Positions 35,821 to 46,468 of a stretch of DNA of 46,468 nt are shown piece after piece (within the stretch, counting starts at the first letter, position 1; the number at the start of each line of letters is the position of its first letter). This DNA comes from Octopus bimaculoides. Taxonomy: Eukaryota. Below the pieces are notes generated by a model. It saw nothing but the letters and a program-made list of their open reading frames with translations, had not been told where the DNA came from and ran no database searches. The position numbers and the translations under genes are program-made. The stretch is taken from NCBI RefSeq assembly GCF_001194135.2, contig NC_069000.1, positions 21,099,313 through 21,145,780 of the forward strand, given 5' to 3'.

Positions 35821-35954
35821 TATATGCCATATTCCTTTTACAGGAAACATCACATCATAATCTTGACTGAACACAGATAATTGAGGCTATTCAACAACAA
35901 CACAACCAAAATCAGCGCACACACACATACACACATGACATTTTCTTTTGAATA

Positions 35955-36129
35955 TTACAAAGGATACTTTTGATCAGGTATATCAACAGTATAAAACTTT
36001 GTAATGTTTGTAAACGGTACTTGGTCTGGTTTAACAGGCTGCATATGGCTTCGTTGTTCAGTCAACCAGTCGCTCACAGAAATTGTACCACCATTACGAG
36101 TTGGTCTGCGCAGCTCGAGTAAAAGATCT
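35955..36129 (-). CDS. Unidentified gene X, probable terminal exon (R)DLLLELRRPTRNGGTISVSDWLTEQRSHMQPVKPDQVPFTNITKFYTVDIPDQKYPL*
   Basis: Acceptor tgtatttccaattgcag|A in phase 2 completes AGA; only this frame stays open; TAA at 35955-35957. Confidence 0.78.
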
Positions 36130-36384
36130 CTGCAATTGGAAATACAAACGGAAATTGTGGCAACAATCAAATACTGACTTTATACATCCAAAATAGGACA
36201 AGTTCTCCTATTACAATATTTAGTTTGTGTAAAGCAATTTCAGATTTGAAATAATCAAGTGGGTTCTTGGCACTTAGTAAGTAGAGGAAGAAGAGGAAGG
36301 GTCCACCACCATCATCATCATCATCATCATTATTATTATTATTATTATTATCGTTATCATCATCATCATCATTATTATTATTGT

Positions 36385-36870
36385 TGTTGAGTGAGAGAGA
36401 AGTGCATGCCATCAAAGTGACACTAGGGTAAAATATACGAAGCCCAATATACCCATCATGACTACCCATCTGATAAGGGTACACCAGGCACATGCATCAC
36501 AACCATATGTGTGCGAAATGGTGATCTCATATCAAGATAAACAGCGTATGACCTTGCAGGTGGGGCCCAGTTAGAATTTTCTTCCGGTCAAGTAGCCCAT
36601 CCCACTCAAAAGGTCCCTGATTAAGGTTTGTTTAAGGATGTTGAACGAAACACCTATGTTTCTAGACATGAATTGTTCAAACCCTAAAGAATTCCTCTCA
36701 ACACATGGCTATGATGCTCCCGAACTACTTCTACTCATGATCAGAGATGCACATATCGTCAACCACTAAGGGACATGCTCAACTGGTTACGGTCAAGCAA
36801 CTGACAAGCAAATCTGTGGTATTGAGCAGAATATTTGCTGTAGCCCATCTTTTATACCAAGACAAAACAT
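36385..36870 (-). repeat. Family-E interspersed repeat (~490 bp); partial inverted copy at ~17095-17235
   Basis: 36690-36830 is the reverse complement of 17095-17235; ends in an (AAC/AAT)n run. Confidence 0.7.
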
Positions 36871-36964
36871 GTACATGATAACACTTCTAATCAGTTAAGA
36901 TCAAAAGCCATGAGAGCCACTGCCTGGTACTGCATCAGAGCTATTATTTCTCTTTTTAACTTAG

Positions 36965-37120
36965 GTTTTGTTGGAATTCCTAGAGCCTTGCATGCACAGC
37001 AGGCTTGCTTCCTGCAGCCTACAGTACCATGGTATCCGTTCTTTTCAACGATTTAATACTTTCCTGATTATTCTGGCCTTGCCAAGGAGGCAAACGTTTT
37101 GGAACAGCTCTTCTGAGCAC
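36965..37120 (-). mobile_element. R4/Dong-type LINE extreme 3' end
   Basis: FQNVCLLGKARIIRKVLNR* followed by probable 3' UTR. Confidence 0.65.
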
Positions 37121-37124
37121 TCTA

Positions 37125-37340
37125 TGTGTGTGTTTGTCCCCCACCACTGCTTGACAACTGGTGTTGGTGTGTTTATATCCCCACTCTCGTAACTTAGTGG
37201 TTCAGCAAAAGACACCAATAGAATAAGTACTAGGCTTAAAAAAATAAGTCCTGAGGTCAATTAGTTGGATTAAAATCCTATGAGGTAGTGCCCCAGCATA
37301 GTCGCAGTCAAATGACTGAAACAAGTAAAAGGTAAAAGAT
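37125..37340 (+). mobile_element. Family-A SINE 3' half
   Basis: tttgtcccccaccactgcttgacaac..gactgaaacaagtaaaa. Confidence 0.85.
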
Positions 37341-37602
37341 TTATTTACTATCAAGGCTGGTAAAAACATAATACACAAATTGTGTGTGTGTGTGTGTGTG
37401 TATGAATACTCACTGTTAATGTTGTTCTTGTAAAAGTATAATGAATATGTACTCAACAATGTAAAATTATTTTTATTATAATTTAACATAAAAACAAACA
37501 GTAACAGACATGCATATGTTTGCATTACTGTGTGTCTGTGTGTGTGTGTGTGTAAATGCACACACACACACACTCATACATGCACACAATAAAAAAAATA
37601 AT

Positions 37603-37825
37603 CGTTTCTACTCTAGGCACAAGGCCCGAAATTTTTTTTTTTAGGAGGAGGGGGCATCAATTGAATCGACCCAGTACGCAACTGGTACATAATTCATCAA
37701 CCCCCAAAAGGATGAAAGGCAAAGTCAACCTCAGCAGAATTTGAACTCAGAATGTAAAGACAGACGACATACCGCGAAGCATTTCGCTCGCCATGCTAAC
37801 GTTTCTGCTAGCTCGCCACCTTACA
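37603..37825 (-). mobile_element. Family-B SINE (CpG-rich copy)
   Basis: Full-length, about 10 CpGs retained. Confidence 0.9.
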
Positions 37826-38109
37826 ATAAAAAAATAATAAAACCAAAATGCTTACTTGGCTGGTACATACTGTGCAGAGTAATTCGAACCAGTAGCCTTA
37901 GAAACTGCAATGTAGAAGAGTTTTAGTGGTATTAATCATATGCTGGGCTACCATTTGAATTCAAAATTAAGTTCATTTTAATAATGTACTTTTCCCTATG
38001 CCTCATAGATCAAGAGACTTTAGCTCATCTAATACAACACTTATGTTATGCTTTTATTTATAATATCAACAGAGAACTACAACTACTTAATGTCTAACCA
38101 ATAAGGGAG

Positions 38110-38305
38110 TCAAAGCAGTCACTCAACCTGCTAGAAATAGCATACAAAACACCCTCAAATTACACATTACCATCTTCAAAAAAAGGATACATTGGACAAT
38201 GTAGTTCTAGACATACAGAAAGACATGATGGTCATGGCTAAAACACCTTTCATCATAAATCTGCTGGATCAGGACTGACTCGGTGTTAAACAACAACAAC
38301 TACTA
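38110..38305 (+). repeat. Old family-H SINE/LINE-tail repeat; further fragments at ~7555-7750 (+), 34515-34745 (-), 39660-40015 (-), 26610-26700 (-)
   Basis: Recurrent tgctagaaatagcagccaaatc..ccctcaaat..gctaaacaacaac motif. Confidence 0.65.
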
Positions 38306-39204
38306 AATGCTATAGCTGAAACATTTGAGTTGTCTGTTCATAAATATGAGAGGGTGCTGAAAAGTTCCTGGCTTTGGGTAAAAGAAAATACAAGAGGATC
38401 AGTTGATTATGGTTTTATTCAACATATTCCACTCTCAGATTCACACATTTACTGCAGCAGTCCTTCAGTTTTTCTAAGCCCTATAAAAGAACCATTCAAA
38501 TCATGCCAGTATGGAAAATGGACATTAAATACTGCTGTTGCTGCTGCAGCTGCTGGTGATGATGATGGTTGTGGTGGTATACAGATTAGAGTATCATGCA
38601 ATAGTGTTTCACAGCTAAGGTAGTCACACTTTAACAACACCTCCATCACCATGATATTAATTATTTTCCCCCACTACAACGCAGTCATTACACCAACTCT
38701 TCCAAGTAAATAATACAAAACTAAACATTTTGTCAGTTTGAGAGATGAACAAGTACCAACCTTCGAAATATGATTTTGGCATGTTGCTTGAATAATGTTG
38801 CCATGACAACTGTTGGGTACGAGATCTGAAATGTCAACAAGCATTAGATTTAGGAAAATACAAACAAATGAAATCCCAGCATCCAACTGGAGTCATCTCA
38901 AATCTTTTCTACTCTACAATCTGATACCTTGCTCAAGACTCCACAGAAATAATTTAAACACAAGATGCAGGTTTTCTTAATGAGATGTTAATGAGGCAAG
39001 AATATGAGGTTACAGGTTAAGGTAACTAGGTAATTTATGGTATCTTAAATTCTAAGTTCAATTTCTGTCAAAACCAACTTAGGCATTCAAAGATCACAAA
39101 ATAAATACCAGTTATTCTATAGAATGCTTTCAAGGTTTTGAGTAAGTATAAAGATCACTCCTGGTGTCAGGGAGGAATTCAGTGCTGATTACATAATATA
39201 TCTG

Positions 39205-39487
39205 GTTATGACGATGAGGTTCCAGTCGATCTGATCAATGGAACGGCCAGCTCATGCAATTAATATGCAAGTGGTTGAACACTCCACAGACACGTGCATC
39301 CTTAATATAGTTCTCAGGGAGATTCAGCATGACACAGAATGTGACAAGACTGGCTCTTTGAAATACAGGTACTACTCATTTTTGCCAGCTGAGTGGACTG
39401 GAGCAATGAGAAATGTCTTGCTCAAGGACACTAGGAACCAAACTCACAACTTTATAATTATGAGTCGCTAAGCCATGTGCCCTCACT
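39205..39487 (-). mobile_element. CORE-like SINE with a different 3' part
   Basis: Shares cttgagcaagac..tgctccagtccactcagctgg with family C. Confidence 0.7.
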
Positions 39488-40352
39488 TATATACATATAT
39501 TATCCCTCTTAATAAGGTGTCTTTTACTTACATTTTAGGAGATAATCTCAATTTGTTCTGCTTTACTTCTGACCTTCTGGACTGTAAAATAGCATTGGCA
39601 TGAGAAATCGGATTGGTCCAATCAGACTCTGGAAATAAACAGAATATTTCTTTACTGTTGAAGTTGTTGTTATTGTTTAGCCTCAGATTGGCTCTAAATG
39701 ATCTAACCATGACTACCCATCTTTAGGACTTCATTATCTAATGTTTCTTTTCACATTTAAGATGATAAGATATGATTTGAGGGAGATTTGGCTGCTATTT
39801 CTACAAATCAAGTGAATTTATACAGGCTCCTTTGTTGGCTAAATAATGGTAACATTGATGGTTATTTTTGTTGTATAGCTCCAAGGTTAGCCTTGATCAA
39901 GCAGACGAGATCAAAGATTTTCCATTGGTGACTACCTTGCCTTTATATATATCTAAAACTACATAGATTTAGACGCTGTCTATTTCTAGCAGGTTGAGAG
40001 ACTATAGAGAAGCTTCCTTGTATCTTGTAATCTACTTTAGATTAGAAATTATTGCTGTCATTTCTTCTCTACTTGAAACAAAATATCACATTTATTAACA
40101 ATCATATTTAATACATATAACTGTTTTTTTGTTTTTCTTTCTACTTGCATTGCGTATCTTGGTTTTAGAATAAGTTCATCATGTCCCTGAACGTTGCAAG
40201 AGGTAACTAAAAGGGCCAGTGGCAGGAAGGGTATCTAACTATAAAACACTGCTTCAGGATACCTATCCAACCCAGGTTGGCATAAAAGAGTAGATGTGAA
40301 ACAATGATGATGAAACAATGATTTCTACTTATTTTTCTATCATTACTGGTTA

Positions 40353-40572
40353 ATGGTTTCAAATTTTGGCACAAGGTCAGCAGTTTCTGGGGAAGGAGGC
40401 AAGTCGATTACATTGACCCCACTGTTCAACTGGTACTCTATTTTACTGACTCTGAAAGGATGAAAGGCAAAGTTGATCTCAATGGAATTTGAACTCAGAA
40501 CATAAAGATAGACAAAATACTGCTAAGCATTTTGTTCAGCATGTTAACGATTCTGCCACCTCACCACCTTAT
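40353..40572 (-). mobile_element. Family-B SINE
   Basis: Full-length reverse copy. Confidence 0.85.
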
Positions 40573-41079
40573 TATTGGTTAATGGAGCAGTGTAATCATC
40601 ATCATACGTCTGTTGTCCATGCTGGCATGGGTTGGATGGTTTGACCAGGGCTGGCAAGCTGGAAGGCTGCACCAGACTCCAGTCTGATTTGGCATGGTTT
40701 CTACAGCTGGATGCCCTTCCTATTGCCACGGGTGCTATTTCCTTGACATCAGTATCTGCCACGACTGTGATTTTACTTGACTTGATGAGTCCTCTTTTCA
40801 TATAATATAAATCTGAGACATCTCTCTTCTTTTTGATAGGACATTAGTTTGCATTTCCAGCAAGGTTTGAATCTAGCACAGGGAGATAATAAGATAAAAT
40901 AAACCAACAAGGGAAGGAGTTTTTGTATGTAGTCACACAACATGACATTCCTCACAATCACATCTTCCCATTCTTAAAATGGGGAGGAACCCACTGGATA
41001 GTGTAGATGTATTATGTCTGACTATAAGATGGGATGGTCACTGATGGAATGTATTTGATCATAACTTGCCTTAATTAAG

Positions 41080-41830
41080 GTGATGATAGCAATGATGGTG
41101 ACAATGATGTTGGTAGTGATGTTGATGATAGTAATAATGATGATGACAATGGTAACNNNNNNNNNNNNNNNNNNNNNNNNNNNNNNNNNNNNNNNNNNNN
41201 NNNNNNNNNNNNNNNNNNNNNNNNNNNNNNNNNNNNNNNNNNNNNNNNNNNNNNNNNNNNNNNNNNNNNNNNNNNNNNNNNNNNNNNNNNNNNNNNNNNN
41301 NNNNNNNNNNNNNNNNNNNNNNNNNNNNNNNNNNNNNNNNNNNNNNNNNNNNNNNNNNNNNNNNNNNNNNNNNNNNNNNNNNNNNNNNNNNNNNNNNNNN
41401 NNNNNNNNNNNNNNNNNNNNNNNNNNNNNNNNNNNNNNNNNNNNNNNNNNNNNNNNNNNNNNNCTCAATCAGCAAATATTTATGTTGTTCACTCTAAATA
41501 GTCAACACCAATGTCTTTTATGCCTGGCAATAAATATTCACTTAAATGTTTGAGGGTTTGCTTCAGTTATTATGCATGCAACCAACGAAATATATTGTCA
41601 TTTCCTGTTACTCAAACAACCAAGTTACACCAGTGACAGTAGTAATGATGATGATGATGATGATGATGATGAAGATGATTATGGTTATAATGCGAATAGT
41701 GATGGGAAAGGTGATATTGAGGATAAGAGCAATGGAAGAGGTAATAATGGGGATAATAACAATGACAAGGCAGAGATGACAACGATGATGATGACAACAA
41801 TGGTGATGATGATGATGATGATGATTGTTG
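41080..41830. repeat. Decayed (GAT/AAT)n low-complexity region spanning an N gap
   Basis: Read directly; explains the poly-D/M/H ORFs in the track. Confidence 0.85.
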
Positions 41831-42254
41831 TTTAACCCCAAGTTATCCTTGTGCTTGTGAACTATACCTACCTCACAGTTAACTATTTACAGCTGAAATA
41901 GACTGAGACATTGAGAATCAAGTGTGTTGACCAGAAAACATAGCAAGGAGCTAATGGCAAATTTTATAAAACTCTATTCATTATGCCAACATCTTACTAA
42001 GTGATTGCCTCATTACTATTTCAGTAAGTTCAACAAAGTCAAATAAGATTAAGTTATGTTCGGAGTTGTCTCCCAATAATTATAATTAGTCCCTCAATTA
42101 GCTAATGTCTTTGATTTCACAGCATATTTATTTCTGATCAGAGATTTAATGTACAATTCATTGCACATGTTAACACTAACTTACCTACTGTCATATAGAT
42201 GACACCCATGAATATTTAATCACAGTGTTTTTTTTTTTGGTGTGGAGAGGAGGG

Positions 42255-42626
42255 TCTGTTGTCAATGGCACCTGTGCCCAGCATCGCCTTCCTGGCACTT
42301 GTGCCAGATGGCACGTGTAAAGACATTCAAGCGAGATCGTTGCCAGTGCTGCCGAACTGGCTCCTGTGCAGGTGGCACGTAAAATACACCATTTTGAGCG
42401 TGGCCGTTGCCAGTACCGCCTGACTGGCCCTCATGCCGGTGGCATGTAGAAGCACCCACTACACTCTCGGAGTGGTTGGTGTTAGGAAGGGCATCCAGCT
42501 GTAGAAACTCTGCCAAATCAGATTGGAGCCTGGTGTAGCCATCTGGTTTCACCAGTCCTCAGTCAAATCGTCCAACCCATGCTAGCATGGAAAGCGGACG
42601 TTAAACAACGATGATGATGATGATGA
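42255..42626 (+). mobile_element. Family-D non-LTR element 3' part (RTE-like tail, (GAT)n end) with ~66-nt internal repeats
   Basis: ttggcgttaggaagggcatccag..catggaaagcggacgttaaacgatgatg. Other copies at ~1767-1912 (-), 31258-31405 (-), 33461-33692 (+), 40595-40735 (-), 45085-45281 (+). Confidence 0.85.
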
Positions 42627-42920
42627 TTATTTCATGCTGAACGATATTGAAAATCATACAAACTACTTACTGATTCTCTTATCGCTACTTCGATCAGAAT
42701 AACAAAGTAATGATTTTGTTGAGAAAGTATAAAATGTCCAACATTGTCTCCCATACATACTGAAATGGTTAAATTAATATTAGTCATTCTATACCAAATA
42801 AATATATTTGATACCCACTAGATTTACTATATTGGCACTAACTTTCCAATTTTCTAATCCAACTTTAAGTATCTCTCACTACACTTCTATATATTTTGAG
42901 ATATGTCATGAAACAAATAC

Positions 42921-43140
42921 CTACGTTTGATTGCTGTCACCTGTGGAGTCACTGGTGTTTCCTCAATCACAGCACATAAGTCTCCAATTAAATGACAAAG
43001 GTACTGGTTGTCCAAAGAGTCTCCAGCTTTAGTAGATTTGTCCATGTAAGCTGCCTTTGATTTGACGTTCACATAATTATTCTGAGATGTTTCTGGAATT
43101 ATCCCAGATTCTGCTGGAGCATTCTGGTTACTTTTCAGCA
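42921..43140 (-). CDS. Unidentified gene X, internal exon (L)LKSNQNAPAESGIIPETSQNNYVNVKSKAAYMDKSTKAGDSLDNQYLCHLIGDLCAVIEETPVTPQVTAIKR(R)
   Basis: Acceptor ttttctgttgagcag|TG, donor AG|gtattt; 220 nt, phase 1 to phase 2, compatible with both neighbours. Confidence 0.82.
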
Positions 43141-43444
43141 CTGCTCAACAGAAAATGGTGTATCAAACATGGGGAAAGAAAAAAAAGGTCATAATAATTT
43201 CATAAGAATAATTTATAAGTTATTTATTTAGGATTGTACATCCACATGTACACAGACACATACACTCTCTCTCCTTCTCACACTGTATAAGCTGTGTATC
43301 TAACTATTCCAATCAGTTAATCTATGACTTAATTAGTGTCACTTTTTTTAAATAGCAGCAAACAACAGAAATCAGTAAAGAACTGGACAAAATGTTTTAT
43401 GCTGATTAGATACAATCTTTTATTTTCTGAGTTCCAATCCCAGT

Positions 43445-43700
43445 GAGGTGTGGAAGCATGTGATTTAGTGTTTAGGGTGTTGGACTCATGATCATGAGAT
43501 TGTGGTTTCAATTCCTCAGCCAAGCAAACATTGTGTTCTTGAGCAAAACACCTCATTTCATGTTGCTCCAGTCCACTCAGCTGGTAAAAAATGAGTAAAT
43601 ATGTGATGGACTGGCATCTCATCCAGCAGGGAATATACACGCCAGAGAAACTGGGAAACCAGCCGTATGAGTCTGTATGACTTGGGAAGGACCTTGATTT
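43445..43700 (+). mobile_element. CORE-like SINE
   Basis: gactcatgatcatgagattgtggtttcaattcc head plus CORE-like block. Confidence 0.75.
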
Positions 43701-44034
43701 TATATTTATAATCCCACTGAGATCAACTTTGCCTCTCATCCTTCCAGGAATGATAAAATAAATATCAGTCCAGTTCCAGTGGTTAATTTAATTGAATATA
43801 CCCTTAAAATGTGAGTCTTTTTGCCAATGTTAGAAGCCATTATTTATTTTCAGTGCTTTACATTCTGAATTGAAATTCAGCTGAGCACAACTCTCTTTTC
43901 CACCCTTCCAGAGGTGATAAACAAAGTTCACATTGGTCTAACCACTTAGGCCCTCCTGCCAAAATTTGTAACCTAGGTTGACAGGCCATAATCTTGTGAA
44001 CATTATATTTGTATAGTTAGTATTATTTTGTATC

Positions 44035-44432
44035 TTTTATCTTTTACTTGTTTCAGTCATTAGACTGACGCTGGGGCACTACCTTGAAGAGTTTTCAAAC
44101 AAAGTGACCCTAGTATTTATTTTCTTTTTAAGCCTAGTACTTATTCTATCAGGCTCTTTTGTCAAGCTGCTATGTTAAGAGGATGTAAACACACCAACAC
44201 TGGTTGTCAGGCAGCAGTAGGGAACAAACACAAAGACACACAAACACACGCATATATATATATATAAATATGATGGGTTTTTTTCAGTTCCATCTGCCAA
44301 ATCCACTCACAAGGCTTTAGTTGGTCTCAGGTTATAATAGAAGACATTTATCCAAGGTGCCACACAGTGGAACTGAGCCCAGAACCATGTGGTTGGGAAG
44401 CAAGCTTCTTCCCACACAGCCATGCTTGTACC
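44035..44432 (-). mobile_element. Family-A SINE
   Basis: Full-length reverse copy; a forward fragment follows at ~44490-44589. Confidence 0.88.
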
Positions 44433-44781
44433 TGTTTATTTCATCTCTAGGTGCTCACATGTGAGAGTGTTTAAGAGATTTGATTTGCCACCATTCGGTT
44501 CCAGGTTCAATCCCATCTTGAGCAAGTGTCTTCTACAGAAGATTTAGGTGACCAATACCATGTGAATGGAATTTGTTTGATGGAAATTGNNNNNNNNNNN
44601 NNNNNNNNNNNNNNNNNNNNNNNNNNNNNNNNNNNNNNNNNNNNNNNNNNNNNNNNNNNNNNNNNNNNNNNNNNNNNNNNNNNNNNNNNNNNNNNNNNNN
44701 NNNNNNNNNNNNNNNNNNNNNNNNNNNNNNNNNNNNNNNNNNNNNNNNNNNNNNNNNNNNNNNNNNNNNNNNNNNNNNNNN

Positions 44782-45012
44782 ATAATGACATACATACATA
44801 CATATATACATACATATATGGATCAAAAGAGTTTGATTCAAATTCGTTGGTATTCTTGAGTTTCAAGTATGATGCTAGTCATCAGCTATTTTGAATTTGA
44901 ATTTAAATTCAAAATGGCTGGCAACTAGTATCACACTTGAAAGTAAAGAGTACCAGCGAATTTGAATCAAACTGTTTTGATCCATATATGTATATATGTA
45001 TGTCAATTATCA
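44782..45012. repeat. ~230-bp near-perfect palindrome (fold-back element)
   Basis: Arms pair around a central gaatttaaattc; mismatches are mostly transitions. Confidence 0.92.
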
Positions 45013-45283
45013 TATGTATATATACATATATACATATATATATCATCATCATATGTATACATATATATATATATATATATATATATCGTGTGGGTGACAC
45101 GTAAAAGCACCCACTACACTCTCTGAGTGGTTGGCATTAGGAAGGGCATCCAGCTGTAGAAACTCTGCCAAATTAGATTGGAGCCTGATGTTGCCATCCG
45201 GTTTCACTAGTCCTCAGTCAAATTGTCCAACCCGTGCTAGCATGGAAGGCGGACGTTAAACGATGATGATGATGATGATGATA

Positions 45284-45930
45284 TAATGTGTCTACTAAGA
45301 CCAAATTGTTCTCAAAGGAAATTTAGCGAAGTAACAAAACGTATGCGGGCAAGACAAGTGAAAATTACATAAACATATACAAAATTATCCACAAACTAGT
45401 TTTGAAATGAACATTTTCTTATCTAAAATATCTGTTTCTCATCAGTACAGACCGCTAAATAAATATAATTCTCAGAATCGTATACTAGTTGTTCCCCACG
45501 AATGAAGCACGTGTACACAGTTCTGTTCATTATATTTATGGTAAGATTCAAAAGTCTTTGTTTTGACGCGCTAAACCCGGGAATATCTGTGCAGAAAATG
45601 GTTTCTGCATCGAATATACCAACTTTGAGAAAGTGGTTATGGTTAATTAAATAAAAAACATTAGGGTAAAAAAATTGGATATTAATTAATATCAATTTAA
45701 TACCAGGGAACAAGCAGATTCAGAAAAAATATCTGAGATCTCAAAGGATTATTGTATATGTATATATAAAGGAGACCACTATGTGGACTGTTAATGTGCT
45801 AGAAGAAGATCACATGTAATGTGTCTACTAAGACCGAATTGTTCTGAAAGGAAATTTAGCGAAGTAACAAAACGCATGCGGGCAAGACAAGTGAAAATTA
45901 CATAAATATATACAAAATTATCTGCAAATT
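45284..45930. repeat. Direct repeat pair (~113 bp; 45284-45396 and 45817-45930)
   Basis: taatgtgtctactaagacc..caaaattatc with only a handful of substitutions. Confidence 0.9.
45485..45780 (-). mobile_element. Helitron-like non-autonomous element (3' end only clear)
   Basis: Minus strand reads cacg-tgcttcatt-cgtg-gggaacaa-CTAG|T: subterminal hairpin plus CTAG before a T. Confidence 0.4.
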
Positions 45931-46082
45931 ACTACTACTACCGCCACCGCTGCCACCGCCGCCACCACCACTACTTTTTTGCCTCATCCATACAAAGTTC
46001 CCAGAATCATAGGATCCAGGAAACAAAAGGACCCTCAAGTATTATTACAGCTGGTAATGGAAGAACATTCTAGAGAACTCAC

Positions 46083-46257
46083 ACTTAATCAAGTTGTTGT
46101 AGCTGTCATCTTCACTGCTTGATTCCAAGGTATCATCAAGACCATTATCATCATCATCATCATCATCAACAACATTATCAATATCTGTGTTCAGTTCCAA
46201 GTCCAAAGCAGGGTCAAAAGTCACAGGCCTTGAACTATTGGCATACTTCAAATATGG
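46083..46257 (-). CDS. Unidentified gene X, internal exon PYLKYANSSRPVTFDPALDLELNTDIDNVVDDDDDDDNGLDDTLESSSEDDSYNNLIK(L)
   Basis: Long polypyrimidine tract plus ccacag| acceptor; donor T|gtgagt; 175 nt, phase 0 to phase 1; joins the next exon in frame. Confidence 0.82.
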
Positions 46258-46302
46258 CTGTGGAAAAAAAACAAAAAAAACATATATAGTAAAGATACAT
46301 GG

Positions 46303-46445
46303 GTGCAGGCGTGGCTGTGTGGTAAGAAGCTTGCTTCCCAACCTCATGGTTCTGGGTTCGATCCCACTGCATAGCACCCTGGGCGAGTGTCTTCTACTAT
46401 AGCCTCAGGCCAGCCTTATGAGTCAATTTGGTAGATGGAAACCGC
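46303..46445 (+). mobile_element. Family-A SINE 5' half
   Basis: Head and core, running into (TA)n at the window end. Confidence 0.88.
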
Positions 46446-46468
46446 ATATATATATATATATATATATA

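Noticed and set aside
36179-36275. Possible extra exon AKNPLDYFKSEIALHKLNIVIGELVLFWMYK
   Set aside because: It would leave a 49-nt intron, and the flanking exons already join in frame.
41022-41841. Poly-H/M/D/I ORFs and all ORFs spanning N gaps or TG/TA/TAA runs
   Set aside because: Microsatellite or gap artefacts.
42540-42570. CTGAGGA-ctggt-GAAAC in the antisense of family D, resembling a hammerhead core
   Set aside because: No stem II pairing (C..U) and no correctly placed UH triplet; treated as coincidence.
44400-44425. Loss of the gtaag donor in the only sense-oriented family-A copy
   Set aside because: Single case, and a gtgagt donor remains in the same copy.
1-46468. CRISPR arrays, operons, rRNA, phage or other prokaryotic systems
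   Set aside because: Spliceosomal eukaryotic DNA; no regularly spaced repeat-spacer array or rRNA-like sequence seen.

Overview
AT-rich, repeat-dense animal genomic DNA from a gapped short-read assembly. The SINE families and microsatellite load suggest an octopus or related coleoid cephalopod (inference). It contains two intron-containing genes, both on the minus strand. (1) TMEM170: coding exon 1 at 15656-15749 and exon 2 at 636-806, joined in phase 1 across a ~14.8 kb intron; exon 3 lies left of the window. (2) The 3' part of an unidentified gene: exons 46083-46257, 42921-43140 and 35955-36129 splice in frame with canonical GT-AG sites, and 33951-34233 is a candidate alternative terminal exon. 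The rest is tRNA-headed SINEs, RTE and R4/Dong LINE remnants, mariner relics, hAT/mariner/piggyBac-type MITEs, a Helitron-like end and microsatellites. The best leads are: a Penelope-type minimal hammerhead ribozyme core at 3976-4004 (+); a tRNA-headed SINE with a decayed hammerhead-like 3' module at ~18920-19184 (-); two long fold-back palindromes inside introns; a uORF ending 1 nt before the TMEM170 start; and an orphan CpG-rich patch in TMEM170 intron 1. No prokaryotic systems (CRISPR, operons) are supported. Repeat-family labels A-H are my working names, and repeat boundaries are approximate (about +/-10-20 nt) unless TSDs are quoted.
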